Source: an uncultured Planctomycetia bacterium
Lineage (GTDB): Bacteria; Omnitrophota; Gorgyraeia; 1-14-0-20-64-10
DNA length: 54,475 nt
Direction: 5' to 3'
NCBI GenBank assembly: GCA_964373805.1
Contig: CAYJWF010000009.1
Location: forward strand, 1-54,475
Part shown: one piece after another, positions 8,364 through 15,841 of the stretch
How the letters are laid out: each line of letters opens with the position of its first letter
Position numbering within the stretch: the stretch's first letter is position 1
Program-made: the position numbers and the translations under genes
Notes under the pieces: generated by a model
What the model was told of the DNA's origin: nothing
Databases searched by the model: none
The model's input: only the letters and a program-made list of their open reading frames with translations

Positions 8364-8715
8364 TCACTTGGCCATTTCGGATTCTCACCCGGACTCTGCC
8401 CGCCAACGGAGAGTTCTCCGCCGGCTCCCAAAGCTCTGTTCCATCCGGTAAAATCCCGGTCGGTCGAAGGTTTCCCATATCAACCGGTGCGGGGGCTTCC
8501 ACGGTCTCGCCCACGCTCGCGACTCGATGGGGTGGAATCAGCCGTTGGGCCAAACCGGCATGGACGCTGGGAGAGTTGGCAAACCCGGGCCGAAGCGCCT
8601 GGGTGGCAAAGGAAAAGTTGCACGAGTTATGGTAGGTTACCACGGCTAATCCCAGCACCAGTAGCCCTACCGCTCGATCTCTTATCGTTTGAACCGAATC
8701 GTCCAATGAATCCAT
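8341..8715 (-). CDS. Hypothetical protein with signal-like leader (ALRP..AGLAQ); possible N-terminal part of the transaldolase ORF
   Basis: ATG with promoter-like sequence upstream; hydrophobic AVGLLVLGLAVV; stop overlaps the next ORF in another frame. Confidence 0.6.
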   Translation of the reverse strand: MDSLDDSVQTIRDRAVGLLVLGLAVVTYHNSCNFSFATQALRPGFANSPSVHAGLAQRLIPPHRVASVGETVEAPAPVDMGNLRPTGILPDGTELWEPAENSPLAGRVRVRIRNGQVIGQEVFR

Positions 8716-8733
8716 CCCGCTCGGCCTTGGCTC

Positions 8734-8776
8734 ATTATACCCTTTTCAAACCTCTGCTTGTCAAGCGCGGTATAAT
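8734..8776. promoter_or_regulatory. Divergent sigma70-type promoter region
   Basis: Minus strand TTGACA (8759-8764)-19 bp-TATAAT (8734-8739); plus strand TATAAT at 8771-8776 before the GGDEF gene. Confidence 0.55.
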
Positions 8777-8794
8777 AGGGATGGCTCTCGCCGT

Positions 8795-9955
8795 TTGAGA
8801 ACCGTCCCAAAGATGACCCCGGATAAGCTTACGGAACTGTTGGAAAAGGCGAGGGGCGAATTGACCCTCCTCTACGAGTTGGGAAACGCCCTGCGGTTAA
8901 CCTTGGATTTGAACGAAATCCTCTACATCGTCTTGACCGGGGTGACCGCTCACGTGGGGCTCGGTTTCAATCGGGCCGCCATCTTCCTCAAAAATGAGAA
9001 GCAAAATCTCCTCGAGGGAACCCTCGGGATCGGCCCCAATACCGGAGAAGAGGCGCAGGTCATCTGGGAGGAGATCCAGAGCCGTCGGTTGGGCTTAGGA
9101 GGCTTGATCGCCAACTATCGACTGGGAAAACCGCTGGAGAACTCCTCGTTCCATCAGACGATCCGGCAGCTTAAAATCCCCCTGACCGAGCGGGCCGGTG
9201 GCTTCATCGCGAAAGCCGTCTTGGAAGGAACCCCTCTGGAAATCGTCCATCCCGAGGACCAGGCCAAAGCTGCCCAAGATCCGGTGTTGAAGCTTTTGAA
9301 AAGCACCAGTTCCGTTCTGGTTCCTTTGAAGGCCTCGGATGGCCACGTCGATGGAGTGATCTTCGCCGATAATCGGATCACCATGGAACCAATCACCCGA
9401 GAGTCGTTTCGGCTCTTAGCGCTCCTTTCCGCCCACGCGGGCCTCGCCATTGAAAACGCCCGCCTTTACGAGGCGGCCCGCCAACAGGCCAACCTGGATC
9501 CCCTGACCCAACTCTGGAATTGGGGCGCTTTTCAACGGCATCTCCTGGAAACGAAGGCCAGCGCCGAACGGAGCCGCCAGCCGTTTTCGCTGCTGTTGGC
9601 GGACTTGGACCATTTCAAGATGTACAACGACCGGGCCGGTCATCCGGCCGGGGATGAGGCCCTCACCCGGATCGCGAGTCTGCTCAAAGAAACCGCGCGA
9701 GCCGGGGATTTCGTCGCCCGTTACGGCGGAGAGGAGTTCGCCCTCATCCTTCCGATGACCCGAAAGCTGGACGCCTTGAAGCTGGCCGAGCGGATTCGCC
9801 TGTCGATGGAACGGATCGGTCTGCCGCTCACCCTCTCCGTCGGGGTGGCCACCTTTCCGGAAGACTCTCCGGATCCCGACGGGCTTTTGAAAGCGGCCGA
9901 TCAGGCCCTGTATCAAGCCAAGGCGGCGGGCCGTAACCGGGTGGTCGTTGCTTGA
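8795..9955 (+). CDS. GAF-domain diguanylate cyclase
   Basis: GAF ending in LAIENARLY; DPLTQLWN, DLDHFKMYND, GHPAGD, RYGGEEF, AKAAGRN. Alternative ATG at 8813. Confidence 0.94.
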   Translation: MRTVPKMTPDKLTELLEKARGELTLLYELGNALRLTLDLNEILYIVLTGVTAHVGLGFNRAAIFLKNEKQNLLEGTLGIGPNTGEEAQVIWEEIQSRRLGLGGLIANYRLGKPLENSSFHQTIRQLKIPLTERAGGFIAKAVLEGTPLEIVHPEDQAKAAQDPVLKLLKSTSSVLVPLKASDGHVDGVIFADNRITMEPITRESFRLLALLSAHAGLAIENARLYEAARQQANLDPLTQLWNWGAFQRHLLETKASAERSRQPFSLLLADLDHFKMYNDRAGHPAGDEALTRIASLLKETARAGDFVARYGGEEFALILPMTRKLDALKLAERIRLSMERIGLPLTLSVGVATFPEDSPDPDGLLKAADQALYQAKAAGRNRVVVA

Positions 9956-11427
9956 AAGGGGCTCTTAGTTGGCGACCGATCGCCTGGCTTCTGATCGTCG
10001 CGGCAACCATTTTAAGCGCCTCCCAGTGGCCGGCTTTCCCTTATTTCCTGGATAGCTACTATCATCTAAGCGTCATCCAGGGATTTCGCGAGGCCGCAGG
10101 AGTGGTGCTCCACTCTTTTTGGGAGGCTGCTCCAGAAGGACAGCCGCATCTTTATCCGCCGCTGTTCCACCTCTTGTTTCTTCCGGCCAGCTTGGCGCAC
10201 CTTCCTCCTCTGGTGATTGCCCGCTTCTGGTCTTGGGCCGCATTCCCTGGTCTGTTGCTCGTGGCTTGGACCGTTTTGAAATCGATCTTCACGGAGCGGA
10301 TCGCCTGCCTCTCCTTGATCTTGCTCGCTACTCCCTTTAGCTTCTTCTTGGCGGCGGTCAATTACCTGCCGGCCACCTTGAGCCTCATGGCAATATTGGG
10401 GTTGATGTTGGCCGTTCAAAAAGGGAAATCGCTGGCGGGGGGACTTCTTTTAAGCTTAATCTTCTGGCTGCATGCGGGCTTACCCTGGCTCGTGGTTTTA
10501 AGCTTGACCCTGTTCGGTCTTCTGGAACCGGAACGACGAAAAACCACGGGAATCATTCTAGCCATCGGTATCGTAGGGGCGCTTCCCTGGTTAATCCACC
10601 TGAGCCGACATGTCGCGTTGCTCAAGTTTCACGCGCGAGGAGAAGACCTTCTCCTCGAAAGCCCGATTCTTCTCGTGGCACTCGGACTCCTCGGCTTAAG
10701 GACTGCTTGGCGGGAAAACCGGTTCCTGTTTTCTTTGGCGGTCGGATTCCTCCCCATGGGACTCCTCTATCCCTTTCGGTTCTTCAGCGCGCAAGGGCTT
10801 TTCCCCTGGCTGTTGTTGGCGGGACTAACCTTGGAGAATGGGATGAAACGATCGTCGAAGAAGGGGTGGGTCGCGGCGGGACTATTTCTCTTCTCTGCGC
10901 TCTCCCCCACCTTACGCGCAACACCCGAAGGGATCCGGTGGGTATGGGCCGACACCACCTTTCTCCAATTAAGCGGCTTGTCGACCGGAGTCCCCCGCGT
11001 CACCCAGCAGCCTCTCTTTCACGAATCGCTCATGCGGGATTTGGTCAAGACGATCGTGGCGCATTCGGAACCGGACGATCTCATCGGCTGCAACCTTCCC
11101 TACATTGGCGGGATGTTGAGCGTTTTGACCGGCCGGGCCACCACCACCGAGATGCTCGGCGAGATGAATAACCATCCAAGAGACGGTCCGATCGAACCGG
11201 CAAAGGTGATCGTCTGGCTAAAGAACCCCTCCGAAAGGTCAAACCTGCCGGAGGGCCTCAAGCATTATGGACTGGAGCCGATTGCTGAGACGGAACTGGC
11301 CTGGATCTTGAAGAACCCCCAAGCGATGGGGAGGCGCCGCGTTACGAAGGCGGTGGTGCCGTGGGGACTGGCGTGGGGTGGGCTGACGCTGGTTCTGGCT
11401 CTGATCGTCTGGGATCTGAAGCGCTAG
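9952..11427 (+). CDS. Polytopic membrane protein, possibly GT-C fold glycosyltransferase
   Basis: About 10 hydrophobic segments; DSYYH and HLYPPLFH in the first loop; start overlaps the DGC stop. Confidence 0.6.
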   Translation: MKGALSWRPIAWLLIVAATILSASQWPAFPYFLDSYYHLSVIQGFREAAGVVLHSFWEAAPEGQPHLYPPLFHLLFLPASLAHLPPLVIARFWSWAAFPGLLLVAWTVLKSIFTERIACLSLILLATPFSFFLAAVNYLPATLSLMAILGLMLAVQKGKSLAGGLLLSLIFWLHAGLPWLVVLSLTLFGLLEPERRKTTGIILAIGIVGALPWLIHLSRHVALLKFHARGEDLLLESPILLVALGLLGLRTAWRENRFLFSLAVGFLPMGLLYPFRFFSAQGLFPWLLLAGLTLENGMKRSSKKGWVAAGLFLFSALSPTLRATPEGIRWVWADTTFLQLSGLSTGVPRVTQQPLFHESLMRDLVKTIVAHSEPDDLIGCNLPYIGGMLSVLTGRATTTEMLGEMNNHPRDGPIEPAKVIVWLKNPSERSNLPEGLKHYGLEPIAETELAWILKNPQAMGRRRVTKAVVPWGLAWGGLTLVLALIVWDLKR

Positions 11428-14400
11428 CGCCGTTTCCGTTTGAAGCGCTCTCCCCGTTGGACCGGAATTTCACCGACACGATCTTGGAGACCCCGGACTC
11501 CTCCATGGTGATCCCGTACATGCAGTCGGCCATGGTGATCGTCTTCTTGTTGTGGGTGATGATGATGAACTGGGAGTTCTTCAAGAATTCCTTCAAGGCG
11601 CCGGTGAAACGGCCAATGTTGGACTCATCCAACGGGGCGTCGATCTCGTCTAAGAGGCAGAAGGGGCTGGGTTTCACCCGGAAGATGGCGAATAAAAGGG
11701 CGATGGTGGTCAAGGCCTTCTCCCCTCCCGATAAAAGGGAAATCGCCTGAAGGGGCTTGCCCGGCGGTCGAGCGATGATCTCGATCCCGCTTTCCAGGAC
11801 GTCCTCCTCATCGAGCAGCACCAGGCGGGCCTCTCCCCCTCCGAACAGCTGTTTGAAGGTCACCTCAAATTCTTTCTGAATCGCTTGAAAGGTCTCCCGG
11901 AACATCGCCCGGGTGGTGCGATTGATCTTGGTGATCGCCTCGTGAAGGTTTTCTTTAGCCTTCAGGAGATCGTTCTGCTGGTTCCCTAAAAACTCGTACC
12001 GAGATTGAAGCTCTTTCTCTTCCTCGATGGAGCCCAAGTTCACCGGGCCCAGTCGCTGAAGCTTCTCGGAAAGCTCCTCAATCCTTTCTCTTAAACCAGC
12101 GACCTCTTCCTGACTGTCCTCTGTCCTCTGTCCTCTGTCCTCTGCCTCAAGATCCACTTGGTAGAGCTGGGTGAGCCGACTCAACCGCTGCTGCCGCTCA
12201 AAGTTGATCTGAGCCTGCTGCATTTCGAGGTCGTGGCCTTTCGACTGAAGTTGCTCAAACTGGCGGCTCAATCCCATCCACTGCCGTTCCTCTTCTTGAG
12301 CCGCTTCCATAACCCTGGACTTCTCCCCTTCCAGTCGCGTGACCTCGGCTTGGGCCTGCGCTTGCGCCTGTGCCAACTGTTCCAACTGGGCTTCGAGCTC
12401 TCGGCAGGTGGTCTCCCACCGTTTCTGGGACTCCTGCAGGTTTTCCAGATCCTTCCGATCCGAAACGATCTTTACTTGAGCGTTCCTCAAGGTCTGTTCC
12501 AACACCTGAAGGGAAGCCTTTCGACTGGCCCGAACCTGGTCAAAGGAGGCGCACTGCGCTTTGGCGGTCGCTAAAAGGACCGAGCTCTCCTCTCGGGTTC
12601 GAGTCGCCTCAGCGATCTCTTCTTGGGCCTGCCGAATGGTGATCTGCAAGGTATGAAGGGCCTGGTCCCGGTCGGTCAGCCGATCCTCCCATCCCTTAAG
12701 CTGGATCCCTGCTTCTTCAAGTTCCTGATCCACCTCTTGTTGCTCGGAACTGACCAGCGCCTCTTCCTCCTCCAGTTTGGCCAGGCCCGATTGGGCCGAG
12801 GCGGCCGTTGCCTCCATCCGCTGGAACGTTTGGGTCCGCTCTTGGAAAATCGCCTCCAACCCCTCTAACCGCTCCGTCTGCGTTCGATGTTCCATTTGAA
12901 GAGACGCCAGGCTCTCCTGGGCCTGTTTCAGGTGATCGCTTAAGTGAACGAAGCCGATCTCCAACGATTGGAGTCGGTCCTTTCGGCCAACGACCAGTCC
13001 TTCCTCCATCGGTGGCGAACCGATCCAGGCGCTGACCGTCGTAAACAGCTCTCCAGCCGGGGTGACCATACAGCCGTGAGCCGCGAGTCGGTTGCCCTGA
13101 GCCCACCGGTCATCCTGAGCTTGCCTGCCCTGAGCGGAGCCTGCCCCGAGCGTCGTCGAGGGGTCGAAGGGTCGAAGGAGAGCGGTGGCCGCCTCTCGAT
13201 CGGGAACCAACCAGGTGTTGGCCAAAAGGAATTTCAACACCGGTTCGAGGTGCGGGGTAATCCCCAGCTTCTCGTAAAGGAGGGTCAGGGTGGTGCCAGG
13301 CACCTCTTTCAAAATGGTGCCTGGCACCTCGGTGGTTGCAGGCGCCTCGGTAGTTGCAGGCGCCTCGGTGGTTGGCACGCGGTCTCGAATCAAAAAGAGC
13401 ACCCGGCCGGCACCGGACTCCTCCAGGTATTGACGGCACCGTTCCGCCACGGCCAGCGACTCCACCACCAACGCCTGGGCCCAGGACCCGAGGGCCGCCT
13501 CCACCGCGGCCGATTCCGAGGGCCCAACCTGAATCAGCTCGGCTAAGCTTCCGCTCACCCCTTCTCGCGAGACGACTCCTTGGTCCAACGCGGTCAAAAG
13601 GGTCTTCACCCCGCTGGAATAGCCGTCGTGGCTTAACAGGACCCCTTTTAACAGCTCCAGCTGTGAGCTCAGCTTACTCCTCTCTTGCTCGAGCTTAAGC
13701 GCCTTCTCCCGAGCCTGAGTTAAACTCGCTTCCGTGCCGGCCAACTTTTCTCGATGAGCCGATCTCTCCTGGCCGATCGCCTCCAACGCTTCTCGGGCCT
13801 GGGTGAGCTCCTTTCCCAGCCGCTCAAGTTGAGTGGAAGCCTCCCCCCGTTCCTGAGAAACCTTGGTCTTCTCCAGGTTCAGCCGAGTCGCTCTCGCTTC
13901 CAGGCGGGTCACTTCCTGTTGGACCTTGACCAAGGTGTTCTTCACCTGAACCTGGGAGTCGGTCTCCTCTAAGAGCTGCTCCTGAACGCGGGCGATGGCC
14001 TCTTTGGCCTCGGAAATCTTCTTCGCGCAGTCGTCTAATCGAGCCTGAAGCCAAGTGAGATTCGCCTCTTTATTTTCCCGCTCGGTATCGGCCTGCGCCA
14101 CGAGTTGGGCCAACTCGGATTGCTGCGCATCCAGTTCACCGATCTCAGTTTCGGCAGCCTTCAAGTTTTCGGCCGTTTGAGCCTGGCGGCCCTTGGCCTC
14201 TTCGATCCGCTCCCGGGTGACCTCCCATCGATGGCGAGCCGTCTCCTGTTGATGCGTCACGTTGAGCAGATCTTCCCGCCCTTTTTGGAGCGCCTGATCG
14301 GCTTGGGCTCCCTGCCGACGGGCCTCGTTCAGCTCCCCCTCTTGGCCGCTCATCCGACTCTGCAGCTCGGCCATCTGTCGGCGGATCTCCTGAAGGACCT

Positions 14401-15733
14401 CCTCCTGTTCGCGCCACTGGGCGGTGAGCCGACGCTCCTCGCAGCGGGCGGATTTGAGCTCCAGTTCCTTTAACTCCTCAAACTGTTCCTGATAATGTTT
14501 GGCCTTCCGGACCTGCCGTTCGATCGATTGGATCTGGCGCTTGATCTCCCCGATCACATCCCCGACCCTGGCCAGGTTCGCCTCGGTCTCGTCCAGCCTG
14601 CGCATCGCCTCCCGTTTCTGGGTCTTGAATTTCGTGATCCCAGCGGCCTCCTCAAAGATCGCTCGGCGCTCCTCCGGTTTGGAATTGATCACCTGTTCGA
14701 TGCGTCCCTGCTCAAAAAGGGAGTAGGCGCTCGTGCCGATGCCGGTTCCCATCAAAAGCTCGGTCACGTCCTTCAATCGGACCTGCGTGCCGTTTAAGAG
14801 GTACTCGCTCTCGCCGGAGCGGAACAGGCGTCGGGCAATGGTAATCTCGGAATAGGCGAGGGGGAGAGTTTGGTCGGCGTTATCGAGGGTGAGGGCCACC
14901 TCGGCGTAGTTGACCGGATCCCGGCGGTCGGTCCCGTTGAAGATCAGATCCTCCATCCGTCCGCCGCGCATCTCTCTGGGGGACTGCTCCCCGAGCACCC
15001 ACTTGATTCCGTCGGCTATGTTCGAGTTATGAACCACAACATTCTCAGCCACAAAATTGTGGGTCTCCGCAACCGACAGGTCATACACCCACGGTCCCTC
15101 TGGCGGGACCTGCTCGATGGCCATGATTTCATCCCAATCAACATCCGCTCCAATCCAGAGGTCAACCATGGTTCGTTCGACAACAGTCGTTGAGGCGGAC
15201 CACCTCTGCTCCGTGGGACGACCTAAAAGATCGTTCTCCTCCACCCGTTTGTGCAACGGAGCCACAGCTATCTTCACCCCTACCTGGACCTCGTCAGCTC
15301 GGAGAGCACGAAGTTGTCCACTCTGCAGGGTAAAGAGAGGATGGTAGGGTGTCGCCGTGACTTGGCGTCCACTTTTGGTTTGGATCATCAGTAGAAAAGC
15401 AGGCGCTGTCCGTTTGATAAAGGCAGCAATAGGACGTGGCTCTAACTTGAGGGTCTCAGGATTTAAAGAGAGAATGGACAGGTGGTTCGGATTGTCCGTC
15501 GTATAAACGCCGTCATCGAGGGAAATACTTTGATAGGCTTCTCGGAGAGCCGCTTCAACCAGGTCGCCGATTCTCCGACGCTGCCCATCGGCGGTAAGGA
15601 GTTCGGCGGAACTTGGGAGGCACTTCCCGCAGCCGTTGGGACCGACGATGGCGGTGATGCCGGGCTCGAAGGTAAGCTCGGTGGGATCGGCGAACGATTT
15701 AAACCCGAGAAGCTCGAGTTTCTTAAAACGCAA
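11342..15733 (-). CDS. smc: Chromosome segregation protein SMC, intein-containing
   Basis: GFKSFAD, GPNGCGK/SN, FEEAAGI, coiled coils, hinge, LLSGGEKAL, LDEIDAPLD, IITH. Confidence 0.97.
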   Translation of the reverse strand: MRFKKLELLGFKSFADPTELTFEPGITAIVGPNGCGKCLPSSAELLTADGQRRRIGDLVEAALREAYQSISLDDGVYTTDNPNHLSILSLNPETLKLEPRPIAAFIKRTAPAFLLMIQTKSGRQVTATPYHPLFTLQSGQLRALRADEVQVGVKIAVAPLHKRVEENDLLGRPTEQRWSASTTVVERTMVDLWIGADVDWDEIMAIEQVPPEGPWVYDLSVAETHNFVAENVVVHNSNIADGIKWVLGEQSPREMRGGRMEDLIFNGTDRRDPVNYAEVALTLDNADQTLPLAYSEITIARRLFRSGESEYLLNGTQVRLKDVTELLMGTGIGTSAYSLFEQGRIEQVINSKPEERRAIFEEAAGITKFKTQKREAMRRLDETEANLARVGDVIGEIKRQIQSIERQVRKAKHYQEQFEELKELELKSARCEERRLTAQWREQEEVLQEIRRQMAELQSRMSGQEGELNEARRQGAQADQALQKGREDLLNVTHQQETARHRWEVTRERIEEAKGRQAQTAENLKAAETEIGELDAQQSELAQLVAQADTERENKEANLTWLQARLDDCAKKISEAKEAIARVQEQLLEETDSQVQVKNTLVKVQQEVTRLEARATRLNLEKTKVSQERGEASTQLERLGKELTQAREALEAIGQERSAHREKLAGTEASLTQAREKALKLEQERSKLSSQLELLKGVLLSHDGYSSGVKTLLTALDQGVVSREGVSGSLAELIQVGPSESAAVEAALGSWAQALVVESLAVAERCRQYLEESGAGRVLFLIRDRVPTTEAPATTEAPATTEVPGTILKEVPGTTLTLLYEKLGITPHLEPVLKFLLANTWLVPDREAATALLRPFDPSTTLGAGSAQGRQAQDDRWAQGNRLAAHGCMVTPAGELFTTVSAWIGSPPMEEGLVVGRKDRLQSLEIGFVHLSDHLKQAQESLASLQMEHRTQTERLEGLEAIFQERTQTFQRMEATAASAQSGLAKLEEEEALVSSEQQEVDQELEEAGIQLKGWEDRLTDRDQALHTLQITIRQAQEEIAEATRTREESSVLLATAKAQCASFDQVRASRKASLQVLEQTLRNAQVKIVSDRKDLENLQESQKRWETTCRELEAQLEQLAQAQAQAQAEVTRLEGEKSRVMEAAQEEERQWMGLSRQFEQLQSKGHDLEMQQAQINFERQQRLSRLTQLYQVDLEAEDRGQRTEDSQEEVAGLRERIEELSEKLQRLGPVNLGSIEEEKELQSRYEFLGNQQNDLLKAKENLHEAITKINRTTRAMFRETFQAIQKEFEVTFKQLFGGGEARLVLLDEEDVLESGIEIIARPPGKPLQAISLLSGGEKALTTIALLFAIFRVKPSPFCLLDEIDAPLDESNIGRFTGALKEFLKNSQFIIITHNKKTITMADCMYGITMEESGVSKIVSVKFRSNGESASNGNGASASDPRRSEPEPASAHPTPVPTAPPPS
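12114..12141. repeat. Heptamer tandem repeat (CTGTCCT)x4 inside smc
   Basis: Four exact units encoding EDRGQRTEDS. Confidence 0.9.
13109..13179. repeat. Triple-nested CCTGAGC..GTCGAAGG palindromic element inside the smc hinge region
   Basis: GTCATCCTGAGCTTG[CCTGCCCTGAGCGGAG[CCTGCCCCGAGCGTCGTCGAGGGG]TCGAAGGG]TCGAAGGA. Confidence 0.85.
13292..13374. repeat. GGTGCCWGGCACC doublet plus 18-bp tandem repeat inside smc
   Basis: Palindromes at 13292-13304 and 13316-13328; CCTCGGTRGTTGCAGGCG x2.7; encodes TTEAPATTEAPATTEVPGTILKEVPGT. Confidence 0.88.
15026..15622 (-). mobile_element. Mini-intein (199 aa, no homing endonuclease) in the SMC Walker A motif
   Basis: N-terminal CLPSSAELLTADG, block B TATPYHP, block F/G WVYDLSVAETHNFVAENVVVHN, +1 Ser; removal restores GPNGCGKSN. 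Confidence 0.95.
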
Positions 15734-15765
15734 AGGTTACGCGACCTTTCCCGGGGAGTGGCGTT

Positions 15766-15795
15766 ACTGTATCAAACGATTTACACCCTTGTCAA
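15766..15795 (-). promoter_or_regulatory. Putative sigma70 promoter for smc
   Basis: TTGACA (15790-15795)-18 bp-TACAGT (15766-15771). Confidence 0.5.
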
Positions 15796-15841
15796 GTAGG
15801 TGCCCCACAAAGGTGCCAGGTTGAACCCGACCCCTTTGGAT

